A stretch of DNA of 56,216 bases, from NCBI GenBank assembly GCA_043739185.1, contig JAYUEN010000094.1:1-56216 (forward strand), read 5' to 3'. Position numbers and translations under genes: made by a program. Positions 1-9,376 of this stretch are shown one piece after another. This DNA comes from Bdellovibrionales bacterium. Its GTDB lineage: Bacteria > Bdellovibrionota > Bdellovibrionia > Bdellovibrionales > JAMPXM01. The first letter of the stretch is position 1; each line of letters begins with the position of its first letter. The notes beneath the pieces are model-generated. The model did not search any database, was not told the DNA's origin, and worked only from the letters and a program-made list of their open reading frames with translations.

Positions 1-2
1 TC

Positions 3-272
3 AGAGGAAAGTGCAATTATGTTCTAGACGAAGTTCATGTCTTTATTGATCGCATCGGCTCCAAAAAAGAGCTTTTAAATTTGTTTAAAATCCTCTCAAA
101 GCGCTCGAATGATGCCCTTATCGTGAAGTATCCAGATATTTACAACGAAGACTCACGGCCCGTTTCCCTTCCCAAAAAAATGAATCTCAACTGCGAGAAG
201 AGTCTGTCCGGTCAAAAACTTCAGAGCCGGGCAGCCCGAATTCAGGCACCTGATTCAGAGACTGAGCACTGA
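3..272 (+). CDS. 3' end of a hypothetical protein running in from the left edge
   Basis: The frame is open from position 3 (RGKCNYVLDEVHVFIDRIG...) through the listed 81..272 ORF to TGA; no recognisable motif. Confidence 0.5.
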   Translation, partial: RGKCNYVLDEVHVFIDRIGSKKELLNLFKILSKRSNDALIVKYPDIYNEDSRPVSLPKKMNLNCEKSLSGQKLQSRAARIQAPDSETEH

Positions 273-455
273 GACCGAAACTGTCAAACGCTTTACAGGC
301 GCGGCTGCCATTAAGACCGATTTAAATTCAAGTGTTGAATCTGAATCAGCTAAAGGATGGCGCGGCATCTACCATGAGTGCAGCGCCAAATTTGACAAAA
401 TTAAATTTAGTTCATGCGCCCTTCAAGTAAATATTTTTTTATATCACACTTTAAA

Positions 456-483
456 TTGACATCGCTGCATTATTTGATAAAAT
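456..483 (+). promoter_or_regulatory. sigma70-type promoter of the HUH transposase gene
   Basis: TTGACA (456-461), 16 nt spacer, TAAAAT (478-483); favours the ATG at 493 as start. Confidence 0.55.
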
Positions 484-492
484 ATGTACTAT

Positions 493-1011
493 ATGAAGCA
501 GGCATTCCTTGCAAACTTTCAAAAACTTGGTGAAAAAGAATTCGGCGGCTCCCTTTTGCGGGGGCATGCCCGAATTGCCAGACCGGTTTCACATAAGAGA
601 GCTATGCATTTGGTGATGCGTTCGAGCCATGCCAAGGCTACAAATTCATTCTTACGAATTGAACGAGCCAAGCGCATTGAGAAATTGATTTTTAAGCAAG
701 CAAAAGAATTTGGAGTTAGAGTGTATCGCTATGCCAATAGTGGCAATCACCTTCATCTGCTCATTTTACCACGCTCTAGGCTGGCATTTAATCAGTTTGT
801 TAAAACCATCTCTGGTTTGATTGCGCGAATCACTTTATGCAGCGAAAGAGGTAGTGCCAAAGCCGTTCAGTTTTGGGATGCAAGACCCTATACAAAGATA
901 CTAGAGTGGGGCCGCGAATTTATAAATGTTGGCAAATACATTCTACAAAATAAACTCGAAGCTATCGGGTTCATTGTCTATCGACCCAGAAAAGCAAAGT
1001 CTACGGCTTGA
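493..1011 (+). CDS. HUH/Y1 tyrosine transposase-like protein (RAYT / IS200-like Y1_Tnp family)
   Basis: N-terminal H-LV-x-R, HUH motif NHLHLL, FW..RPY, and C-terminal catalytic-Tyr motif KYILQN. The ORF track starts at 484. Confidence 0.85.
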   Translation: MKQAFLANFQKLGEKEFGGSLLRGHARIARPVSHKRAMHLVMRSSHAKATNSFLRIERAKRIEKLIFKQAKEFGVRVYRYANSGNHLHLLILPRSRLAFNQFVKTISGLIARITLCSERGSAKAVQFWDARPYTKILEWGREFINVGKYILQNKLEAIGFIVYRPRKAKSTA

Positions 1012-1048
1012 TTGAAGGCGCTTGAATAAAGCTCCTTCGCCAAATCCC

Positions 1049-2269
1049 TCAGGATTTAAATATTAAAAAGCGAACTTTTAATCCGCCGTTTTTGAATTTT
1101 ATTTCTTGAAGTTGCCGCCATCCTTGAGGGATGCGAATCTGATTTGCGAGGACTTCGTCTGAAATAAGAAAGCCAGCTAATGCGGGATTTAATTTCAGTT
1201 TGCAGTGCTCAAAAAGACGCGAATAAAAATCACTCATTTTACCGCTAACTTTAATGCGTTTGCCGTATGGCGGATTGCAAATCAAAATTCGTGAAGTTCC
1301 CTGCGTTGCCGCCGGAAATTCAGCTTCGAAAAGATCCTTATGATGCATTTTGAATTGCGGAGGTGGAGCAAGCTTTTTAGCCTCTGAGCCTGAAAATTCG
1401 GCGTCTAAGATCGCTAAGTTTTCTTTTGTGATCCTAAGAGAGTCTTCATCTTGGTCAAAGCCCAAAAGCTGAGAGATTTTTAAAATATTAAGAGGAGACT
1501 TTGGCTCTAAGGACTTTTTAGTGGCATCTTGAATGACGAAGGGCCAATTCTCGTAAGAATAGCCTCGCATCTGAACTTTTGAAAAATAATGAAAAGCCTC
1601 TAATAAAAAAGTTCCGGATCCCATCATTGGGTCGAGCAATTCAAAACTCTTTGCTTGTAAGCGGTCGCTATGTTCAAAAAGGGCTGCTAATAAAGCCGAA
1701 GCCAGGTTCTCTCTCAATGGAGCCTCACCTATTAACTTTCGGTAACCGCGCTTGTGAAGATGCTCTCCTGAGGTATCAAGGCTAATGGTACAGATATCAT
1801 CTACAATGCGAAGAAAAATGCGCTGCTCACTTAAGGCGGCTGGTGCTGCCAGCACTGGTATATTTTTTTCAAGGCTCAAGCTTTTAAAATATTTTTTAAT
1901 CGCGTCTTCAGCAGTGGTTTCAATACGCTTTTTTATTGAAAGTCTCGACTTCTCGCTGCTCACCTCAAAGCGTAAGGGGGAGTTTGGCCAAAGCAGATCC
2001 TTCCAGGAAATTCTTTGAAGCTTTTTAAACAATTTAGGAAAGTCGCTAGCAGCGAATTCATCAATACGCAGCAAAATACGTGAGGGAATTTTAAGAAGCG
2101 CATTGAGTTCGAGGCCGTGATACAAATTGCATTCAAATTCAATTCCACCCAAATGCTTTTTAATACTTTGAACTTCACTCAAAGTTGAATGCAATTCTTT
2201 GAGCGCTAAATCCTCGAGCCCTGGATTGACGATAAGATAAAATTTAGAAGTGAAAATTGGCTCCGGCAT
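1049..2269 (-). CDS. THUMP-domain class I SAM-dependent RNA methyltransferase (RlmL/YpsC-like)
   Basis: SLDTSGEHLHKRGYR, APLRENLA, DPMMGSGT and NPPYG motifs. Start moved to ATG 2269 to reduce overlap with the upstream gene. Confidence 0.9.
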   Translation of the reverse strand: MPEPIFTSKFYLIVNPGLEDLALKELHSTLSEVQSIKKHLGGIEFECNLYHGLELNALLKIPSRILLRIDEFAASDFPKLFKKLQRISWKDLLWPNSPLRFEVSSEKSRLSIKKRIETTAEDAIKKYFKSLSLEKNIPVLAAPAALSEQRIFLRIVDDICTISLDTSGEHLHKRGYRKLIGEAPLRENLASALLAALFEHSDRLQAKSFELLDPMMGSGTFLLEAFHYFSKVQMRGYSYENWPFVIQDATKKSLEPKSPLNILKISQLLGFDQDEDSLRITKENLAILDAEFSGSEAKKLAPPPQFKMHHKDLFEAEFPAATQGTSRILICNPPYGKRIKVSGKMSDFYSRLFEHCKLKLNPALAGFLISDEVLANQIRIPQGWRQLQEIKFKNGGLKVRFLIFKS

Positions 2270-3692
2270 AGGCAAAACTATTATCACGAAATCTTGGGAT
2301 AAAGCCAGAGTTACTTGATGAAGCTCCACTGCCCATAAGATCTGCGCCCAGAAAGAGATTGGCAAACGCATACTGATAATTGAGTTCGACCATCAAAAGC
2401 GAAGATTGATCATGCAATTCTTCGATCCATTTTAGATTAAAGTCTAATTGCTGGTCGCCTGACTTCACCACTGGTTGGGTCAAACGTATTTGGCTCGCTT
2501 GCCTAAAATTAATGGGATAAGAAAAGATATTTGTACCTGCGCTTGCCAGCGTTCCGACCTCTGAAACATCGCCACCGGATTGCAAGAGTACACTCGCGCC
2601 AACTTTTGTTGAATTCGGAGATGAAAATGGCAGCCACTCAAAACCCGGACTCAATAGGATTTGATTTGAAAGAGTTTGATAGGTCAAATTACTATCATAT
2701 GCGGGATTATTTTGAATTTCTCCTAAGGCAGAAAACCAAACTGAAATATCCTTTGCTTGATAATTTATATCAAGACCCGCGAGATGATGAAATACAACCT
2801 TTGGATAAATAAATACCGGGGCGCTGCTTCCCCCCGGCTGAAGAGCTAAATAGCCATCGACCGGAAGCGAAAGCGTATTGCGCGGCTTATAGACATAAGA
2901 CAACTTCAATGAAAAGGGTTTCGGCGCCCACTGAAAAGCCATTCCACCAGAAAATTGACTGACGATACTTGAAGTTGGCGGGGTCATTAAATTATAATTG
3001 ATATTGGCTCGGCCAGAAAAAAGCTGAACATATTTTGCTGGTGGCGTAAACCAGGGACTTTGCGAATTTATTTGTCCATTGCTTAAACTAAAAGGTGCAC
3101 TTTGCTCGGGAATAAATAAGGGCGAAGCAAAAACCAAAAACTTAAACTCCGTGCTGTGAAGATCAAAGTATAAACCGGTCAGGCCCTGCTCAACTGGTTG
3201 AACGTAGTTCCACTTAAATGAAGTTTGCCAGAGGCCAAGTTGCCAATAAGAATCGAGCTCATTCCAAGCAAAAAGCCTTCGCCCTAGAGTCATTTCAAAA
3301 CTGCTACCCGAATAAGAATAAAAAGCCTCAGGCACATATACCGTACCAAAACTACTTATATTGGCAGAATAAGTTCCGCCGACATCAATATATGCGCGAG
3401 AGGCAGACCATAGTGTTTGCCCCTTGGCCCTTAATTTGGCATCCGTAAAATTATTATAGCCGTTCAACTCAGTTGGCGTCGCAGAATATTTTTCATCCTG
3501 AATGCCGAGCTGAATATCATAAGACTTTTTCAGCGCGGGCAAAGTTAAATCAGTTGCGGGAAGCTCTAAATTCAGATTTCCGGCGAAAGTATTGAGTGAA
3601 AAAAATCCGAGCAAAAGCCCAAGGATGCAATTTCTTGATGTGGTAATTTTATGACTAAGCATCTGGTAAAATCTTATCAGCAGTCTCATCAC
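2244..3692 (-). CDS. Hypothetical outer-membrane beta-barrel protein
   Basis: Signal-peptide-like N-terminus (..SLNTFA), amphipathic Tyr/Gly-rich strands, C-terminal YAGANFHF with terminal Phe. Confidence 0.7.
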   Translation of the reverse strand: MMRLLIRFYQMLSHKITTSRNCILGLLLGFFSLNTFAGNLNLELPATDLTLPALKKSYDIQLGIQDEKYSATPTELNGYNNFTDAKLRAKGQTLWSASRAYIDVGGTYSANISSFGTVYVPEAFYSYSGSSFEMTLGRRLFAWNELDSYWQLGLWQTSFKWNYVQPVEQGLTGLYFDLHSTEFKFLVFASPLFIPEQSAPFSLSNGQINSQSPWFTPPAKYVQLFSGRANINYNLMTPPTSSIVSQFSGGMAFQWAPKPFSLKLSYVYKPRNTLSLPVDGYLALQPGGSSAPVFIYPKVVFHHLAGLDINYQAKDISVWFSALGEIQNNPAYDSNLTYQTLSNQILLSPGFEWLPFSSPNSTKVGASVLLQSGGDVSEVGTLASAGTNIFSYPINFRQASQIRLTQPVVKSGDQQLDFNLKWIEELHDQSSLLMVELNYQYAFANLFLGADLMGSGASSSNSGFIPRFRDNSFAYAGANFHF

Positions 3693-3694
3693 GA

Positions 3695-3712
3695 GTCGAC
3701 TTATAAGTCGAC
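3695..3712. promoter_or_regulatory. Perfect 18-bp palindrome, candidate operator
   Basis: GTCGACTTATAAGTCGAC is its own reverse complement and lies 2 bp upstream of the predicted GTG start of the OM barrel gene. Confidence 0.5.
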
Positions 3713-3743
3713 AAATTGAACATCAGGAGTCGAGATCCCTGCT

Positions 3744-4565
3744 TTATCCTTGGGCGGAGACAGCTTGATATTGAGTCGCTACCAGGCTTTCGTACCAGTT
3801 ATGGGTTTGCTCGATCACCCAATCCGCATCGTCTAAGGGCAAATCATGACCTGCCCAGGGGTGAGTTTGCATGGGGCAGTCCCAAATCTTTTGAATGAGT
3901 TCCGAACATTTTGGATTTACCATGCGATCTTTTGCACTCCGCAAAAGTAAAATCGGCGTCTCAAGTTTAATTTTTGGTGGAATGAATTCTCTTGCCGCTA
4001 ATAATTGCCTTAAGATAGTTGTGAGTTGAATGGGTCTAGCTGAAAACACTCGCGCCCAAGCTTCTGCATGCCTTGTAAATTGAGCTTGATCATTGCTCAC
4101 CATTCGAACCACTTCACTCTCTCTGGCATGATAATCTTTTTCCTTTAAGACAATCTGCAAAATATGCTGATACGCCTGGGGCTGAAGCCTGTGCCAAATA
4201 CTTGCCCACGAGGCAAAGCTCGTATTGATTATCACCGCACCCGATAAATCTTTAGGATAATTGATCATCCAATCAGTCGCGATCATACCTCCCAATGACG
4301 GGGCTAGAATATAAGTCTTAATTGATCCGAGCTTAAGTTTATTTTTTAAGAACTCGGTTTCACTGCGTACAAACTCTGACAATTCACGCATATGAACGGG
4401 TGATTTCATAGCCAAATTTTCGCCCGTTCCCGGCAAATCAATGCATCGAACCAAAGACCCTGGAATTTTGGCTTGCAGCTTTTTAGGAAAGTCTCCCCAG
4501 TGCTCTGATTCACGACCAAGTCCTCTGATTAAAATAAATAGGGAATCATTTTTTTTAGGCGGCAT
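3744..4565 (-). CDS. Alpha/beta fold hydrolase
   Basis: LIRGL oxyanion region, IDLPGTG, nucleophile elbow APSLGG, KDRMV (Asp) and AGHDL (His). Start at ATG 4565 overlaps the upstream stop. Confidence 0.9.
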   Translation of the reverse strand: MPPKKNDSLFILIRGLGRESEHWGDFPKKLQAKIPGSLVRCIDLPGTGENLAMKSPVHMRELSEFVRSETEFLKNKLKLGSIKTYILAPSLGGMIATDWMINYPKDLSGAVIINTSFASWASIWHRLQPQAYQHILQIVLKEKDYHARESEVVRMVSNDQAQFTRHAEAWARVFSARPIQLTTILRQLLAAREFIPPKIKLETPILLLRSAKDRMVNPKCSELIQKIWDCPMQTHPWAGHDLPLDDADWVIEQTHNWYESLVATQYQAVSAQG

Positions 4566-5604
4566 ACCAAAGCTCCATTGCACGATTGGTCAAATTTTTT
4601 CGAATGCTCTCATCTAAACTCGTCCATTTTGCGGGTGAAATCAGGGCGCGATGTAAAAAATCAAAAAGCGTAATATGTCTGCGCAATATTCTTTGCAGAC
4701 GATGTGGTTTGAGTGGATTAAAGGGGCCCAATGCCGAAAACAATTGCCTTGGGTTTTTTCGAATCCAAAGCCAAGATCCCAACTCCAAAGTCCAAGGCAG
4801 ATACAAATTTGATCCCGTTTGGCTCAGCGTTGAATCATACAAATAATCCCACAAATCACCGTGCGTGGTGTAGGCCTGGGGTTCAATTTTATAAAAGTGA
4901 TTCGAATACGTACGATCAAAGAGACTCTTGAGTGCTTGAATTTCTGCAATATGGGGCGGCGGGCGCTTCGACTTTGCATAGGGAAACCACAGCTGATCAA
5001 TCGCGCCAAATCCAGAGTGCACATCTACACTCAAAGAAATCCTTGCAGTTAAGACTTCACGTTTATAAAAGTTGCAAAGTGCTCGAGCCTCTACTTCCAT
5101 TTCTTCTAAGCGTGTGACGGTCCCTGTATACCACGGAAGCTTGCGGCTATATCTTTGCCCACCCAATAAAAATGGTGGATCTTCTTCAGCAACCACTGGT
5201 GAATTTCTCATGAGATCGACATGATTGCCATTGGATCTTCTGGTTAAAAACATTCCCACTGGATTCACAATCGGCATAAAAACCAAGCGCGAAACTTTTA
5301 GTCTTTCGTGAAGTGTTTCATCCCACTCAAGCGCTTGGCTAATCGTATTCATATAAGAGATGACAACTTCGCTACCAATTCTTTCTAGACCATGAACGCC
5401 GCCAGAAAGTGCAAGCGTGGGTGCGGTGCGATCTTGACTACCAATCACAATTCCAAATAAAGGAAATTCAATACCTTGCTCTTGAACTTTATCGATTACT
5501 TCTACTCGCGCATGCGGGCCTAAAGTTTTCAACACTTTTTCAAGTGTATTCATTTCAGGTAATCGCTTAAGTACTGCAATTGAAGATTCGCTAAATGCTG
5601 CCAT
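4555..5604 (-). CDS. M14 family zinc carboxypeptidase (DUF2817-like)
   Basis: GGVHGLE (HxxE), NPVG, RSNGNHVDLMRN, DVHSG and TLELG motifs. Confidence 0.9.
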   Translation of the reverse strand: MAAFSESSIAVLKRLPEMNTLEKVLKTLGPHARVEVIDKVQEQGIEFPLFGIVIGSQDRTAPTLALSGGVHGLERIGSEVVISYMNTISQALEWDETLHERLKVSRLVFMPIVNPVGMFLTRRSNGNHVDLMRNSPVVAEEDPPFLLGGQRYSRKLPWYTGTVTRLEEMEVEARALCNFYKREVLTARISLSVDVHSGFGAIDQLWFPYAKSKRPPPHIAEIQALKSLFDRTYSNHFYKIEPQAYTTHGDLWDYLYDSTLSQTGSNLYLPWTLELGSWLWIRKNPRQLFSALGPFNPLKPHRLQRILRRHITLFDFLHRALISPAKWTSLDESIRKNLTNRAMELWYAA

Positions 5605-5822
5605 TTTTGCTACACGCTTTTGAGTAATGATTTAGACTCTTAGAATATGATGATAATGAAGGATTCGCAATCGGTGATCTGTACGGGTCCAGCTTTAACC
5701 GCGACTATGGTCCGCAATTTAACTGAGTATAGAGATTCGAAATCTCCTGCACACTTAATGGTACACTCCAGATTCCCAAATCATCGAGCGCTCCACTTGC
5801 ATAACCATTGGTGCCATAAGAA

Positions 5823-6647
5823 CTACTTCTGACATTTGGGACACCAAAAAGTCGAGCGCCCAGTTTGAACTTTCATCTTAATTACTGTTTTACAGATTTT
5901 GCAATTTTGCTTCTGCCTAGCATAAACTGAAAATTGATTTTGAAAGCTGCCGTAAGCTCCGTCGCCACTGACAAAATCGCGAATGCTCGAACCCCCAAGT
6001 TCAATCGCTTTTTTCAAAATTTCAAATATAGCAATTCTCAGTCTCCCCGTTTCTTCGCTGGTTAATTTTGAAGCCTTTTTAAAAGGACTAATTTTTGAAT
6101 TAAACAGAGCTTCGGAGGCATAAATATTCCCGACTCCAACGACATTTTTTTGATTCATAATAAATGTTTTAATTGGAGTTTGACGCTTTCTGGTTTTTTG
6201 AAAAAGATATTCATGCGAAAATTTGCCTTCATCCAAGGGCTCAGGCCCTAAATCTTTTAAGCGCGGATGTTGAGCCTCCTTCTTAGTCTCAAAGAAATCA
6301 AGCATACCGAATCTTCTCGGATCTCGAAAAACCAAAGTTTGTTGAGTTGAAAGCTTAAGAAAAAAATGATCGTGAATTCCAAATTCTTCACTTGCTTGCA
6401 GCAAGCGCCAACTGCCCGTCATACCAAGATGATTGAGCATGGTCCCGTTAGCAAAATCAAAGAGCAAATACTTCGCGCGTCTTCTGATCTGAATTATACT
6501 CTTATTTTTGATTTTTGCGACAAGTGCGGGTGGCACCTTAAAGCGAATATCCTTTCGCCTTAAGGTCGCTTCGATAATTTCTGTTTCGGGAGTCAAAATC
6601 TTCGCAAGACTCAGCCTCACATTTTCAACCTCGGGTAGTTCAGGCAC
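5823..6647 (-). CDS. mutM: Formamidopyrimidine-DNA glycosylase (Fpg)
   Basis: N-terminal PELPEVE, RRAKYL, HLGMTG, DPRRFG, GVGNIYASE, C-terminal zinc finger CKIC..CPKCQ. Confidence 0.97.
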   Translation of the reverse strand: MPELPEVENVRLSLAKILTPETEIIEATLRRKDIRFKVPPALVAKIKNKSIIQIRRRAKYLLFDFANGTMLNHLGMTGSWRLLQASEEFGIHDHFFLKLSTQQTLVFRDPRRFGMLDFFETKKEAQHPRLKDLGPEPLDEGKFSHEYLFQKTRKRQTPIKTFIMNQKNVVGVGNIYASEALFNSKISPFKKASKLTSEETGRLRIAIFEILKKAIELGGSSIRDFVSGDGAYGSFQNQFSVYARQKQNCKICKTVIKMKVQTGRSTFWCPKCQK

Positions 6648-6700
6648 TAGGCACTTATCCTATTAAATTTACTCATTATTGCAATTGCGTTAAATGCCAT

Positions 6701-6727
6701 ATCACCCTATATCACCCTATTCCCTAT
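6701..6727. repeat. 10-bp tandem repeat upstream of mutM
   Basis: ATCACCCTAT x2 followed by a partial TCCCTAT. Confidence 0.6.
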
Positions 6728-7015
6728 AACATCTATCATTTTAGCCTGCGAAAGGGCACTACATTTGCGCCGTGAGAGCTAACTGCTATGTGCGGATTCT
6801 ATAGTTGCCCGCGCCCGCAACAAGCAAACGTTTTAAAAATTGATCTCGATACCGGCACAACCTTATCCACCCAAACATCATTCCGAAAAATTAAAAAAGG
6901 TTAACAGACTATTTTTTCTTAGTGCGGACTGTCTCTCAGATCCTAATCAGCAGAGCACACTCCTAGGGCCATCAATTGCTTTTGCATTTATGTAGACTCT
7001 AAACACGGCCAGTTT

Positions 7016-8353
7016 TCAAAGATAGCGTCGTCTAATCTCGTTGGACATGTCCTCGAGCAGGCGATCATTTTTGTAAAATCCAAGCAATTTCTCAAGTTTG
7101 TCTAGCTGCGGATTTGGAGGAATCACACCGGGCAAGCCCGCCAAAAATACGCCCTGAAGCCTTGTGGGAATCGAATTTTGTAGCATAAATAAAACTTCCA
7201 TTCTTACGCTTCCGAAATTGTCCTCAACGGAAAAAGGACTAGCTCTCAATTCAGCCATGATAGATTCAACACGGCCAGCTTCTGATAAGTAAGTTCCCAA
7301 AAAGGACCTTGCAAACTTTCGAAGGTAAGTGCCACCCCATACCTCTGGTAAATAAGTATGCGCGTGTGACGATCCTATTCTTAAGAATAAATTTAAAATT
7401 TCATTAGCGGATGGATTCATGTCCAGAAATTTACCAATGTGCTTTTTCAAAGTGGGTTCAAATTTAATCATATATTCTTCAGTGTAATCCTTGGCTCCAA
7501 AATAACTTGTGTCTCGAATCCAAGGAATAGCAGAAATAAAGCTTTTAGGAGTCTCAGCCTTTGCAAAGTTAATTTCTGCCACCGTAGCCCTCAAAGTGCC
7601 TTCAGTCGGATCGACCCGGTTAATGTGCAATCGATTTGGGCTTTTGATGATAATATCTTTAGTTCTTTGGATGATATCCTGAAAAACACTAATTTTACCT
7701 GGGAAAACAAGGGTTTCTTTCTCCGCATATCCGTTAAAATATTTTAACAGCTCTTCTACCTGATCCGCAGTTTTTGCATTCTCGATCGTATACAAATAAA
7801 TTTTTCGCACCCCCTCCGAAAGGATTGTGTAACCTTGTATAGCCGAGGAGGCGATACTCGAATGTTGGGAGGGAAGCTGTTTCAACATCTCTAAACCTAA
7901 TTCAAATCCAGGATTTGCACTTCGTAAATAGTTGATTCCTTTTTCAAGAACTTCGTTCAAGGTGAAGGGCTGAGAGTCATATTTGAAAGTGGTTGGATGA
8001 GTCTTACCGAGATAATTTATTACCAATCCGAAGGATTTCACGTCCACAACCTGGCTCACCAGCTGCCGCGCGAGCTCATGATGTCTTGTCATCAATACGC
8101 TTTTTTCATAATTGATGCTTCGTACGGAAAGTCCCGAGTAGCCAATAAATGTTGGTAACTCTTCGGCTCGTCTTTCCATTTCTTCTAAATCAGACAGCTT
8201 TTTTTCAAGATAGCCGATGCCATGGTTTTCTGTTGAGACAATAAACTCTTCACAACTTAGGCTCGCATTCGCGGAAGGAGAGACGACGGCAACAGCCGTT
8301 AAACTGAAGAAAATAATTCTGTAAAAGGAAGAATGCTTATAACTCAGTTTCAT
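7016..8353 (-). CDS. Hypothetical secreted protein, predicted helix-rich
   Basis: 445-aa ORF with a signal peptide ending SANA, followed by SLSCEEF; preceded by a sigma54 promoter motif. Confidence 0.8.
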   Translation of the reverse strand: MKLSYKHSSFYRIIFFSLTAVAVVSPSANASLSCEEFIVSTENHGIGYLEKKLSDLEEMERRAEELPTFIGYSGLSVRSINYEKSVLMTRHHELARQLVSQVVDVKSFGLVINYLGKTHPTTFKYDSQPFTLNEVLEKGINYLRSANPGFELGLEMLKQLPSQHSSIASSAIQGYTILSEGVRKIYLYTIENAKTADQVEELLKYFNGYAEKETLVFPGKISVFQDIIQRTKDIIIKSPNRLHINRVDPTEGTLRATVAEINFAKAETPKSFISAIPWIRDTSYFGAKDYTEEYMIKFEPTLKKHIGKFLDMNPSANEILNLFLRIGSSHAHTYLPEVWGGTYLRKFARSFLGTYLSEAGRVESIMAELRASPFSVEDNFGSVRMEVLFMLQNSIPTRLQGVFLAGLPGVIPPNPQLDKLEKLLGFYKNDRLLEDMSNEIRRRYL

Positions 8354-8390
8354 CTTATTAATCCCTGTGGAAGGTATTGATTAATAGCGA

Positions 8391-8406
8391 TGCTAAAACT
8401 ATGCCA
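8391..8406 (-). promoter_or_regulatory. sigma54 -24/-12 promoter
   Basis: Minus strand TGGCATAGTTTTAGCA with GG-N10-GC spacing, 38 bp upstream of ATG 8353. Confidence 0.6.
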
Positions 8407-8606
8407 TGCCTAAGCGTGATTAAATTTTTTAGAGGTTCTTACTAAATTATCAATTTTTCAATAAAAACAATAGCTTGAAAAGCCCTTTGTTAGAGTTAAA
8501 TTCTTTTATTTACGCTGAGATTTCGATGAACTTCTTACCGAGTTGACAAATTTCGCGTGAGGACAGGATTTCGGTATATGGAGCCTTCAGTGTGCGTGCA
8601 GTTGGT

Positions 8607-8638
8607 AAAAAAAATAGCGAGGACATTAGCTCGCTATT
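8607..8638 (-). terminator. Rho-independent terminator
   Basis: 9-bp stem AATAGCGAG/CTCGCTATT with a T8 tract on the minus strand, directly after the stop at 8641. Confidence 0.85.
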
Positions 8639-8640
8639 AT

Positions 8641-9042
8641 TCAGTTCAATAAAACAGGAATAGCCCCTTTAATGTCAAAGCTTAGATAAATATCTGAAGC
8701 CTTGTAAGAATCAATAAAGTCTTTTCGCAGTATTGGCAATTCGATTGAATAATTGCCGTCACTGTCAGGACTGAGGCACGGATGGCCGAAACTTAAATTA
8801 CTCCGACCCATGATTGAAGGCGTGATAAAATTTTTCGGCCCATCCTCAACGCTGACCAAATGTTTGTTTGTTGAACCCAACCATTCATGCACACATATTT
8901 TTCCGAATCGCGAAAAATCAGGAGAAAGATGTCCTTGAATCGTAATGCTCTCTCATGATTCGATGTTGATAAATGGCAAATCCTCAGATGCAAATGCAAT
9001 AGTATTTATTGTTAAAGCGAGAAGTAAAATAATGTATTTCAT
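8641..9042 (-). pseudogene. Secreted-protein gene interrupted by one in-frame TGA (codon 30)
   Basis: ATG 9042 has a GGAG SD and signal peptide MKYIILLLALTINTIAFA. TGA lies at 8953-8955, and the same frame stays open into the 8641..8892 ORF. Promoter and terminator are intact. Confidence 0.75.
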
Positions 9043-9066
9043 AAAACTCCCTTTTAAAATTCAAAA

Positions 9067-9082
9067 TGCAATGAAGGTGCCA
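9067..9082 (-). promoter_or_regulatory. sigma54 -24/-12 promoter
   Basis: Minus strand TGGCACCTTCATTGCA, near consensus, 25 bp upstream of ATG 9042. Confidence 0.8.
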
Positions 9083-9376
9083 GCTTGGGAACCTCTATAC
9101 GTCTTTTGAATTACTTAAGAAGATGTTGGAATTGAATTTATCACTTACGTGGGAGCTTAAATTTTCATCTTGACCACTCTCGCGTCATCATGAATTTGAT
9201 ATATCATTATTAAATAGCGATTTTAATTTTGCAGAAAAATTCAATTTGAAAATATTCTTAGATATCTCTAATTAGTGAAATGCCAGCTCGCGGAGTCAGC
9301 AGAAGTGATGACTCCTGGAGACCATTATTTATAGCAGGTGCCTAGATCAGTTTCTCCGTGCCCGATAGCTGACCGC

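Noticed and set aside
2270..2371. Longest-ORF N-terminal extensions (also 4583, 18425, 28022, 39232, 42373, 50436, 55546)
   Set aside because: They overlap upstream genes or promoters; downstream ATGs fit SD, signal peptide or domain starts better.
6965..6980. AGGGCCATCAATTGCT with GG-N10-GC spacing
   Set aside because: Poor -24 box, and it points into the 3' end of an opposite-strand gene.
8900..8955. Selenocysteine recoding of the in-frame TGA
   Set aside because: No convincing SECIS-like hairpin after the codon and no redox motif context; a nonsense mutation or error is simpler.
9292..9315. GGAGTCA-N10-TGACTCC resembling the 3' end of a fluoride riboswitch
   Set aside because: The 5' GGNGATGG..CC element is missing and no plus-strand gene follows; probably a plain hairpin after the NHL gene.
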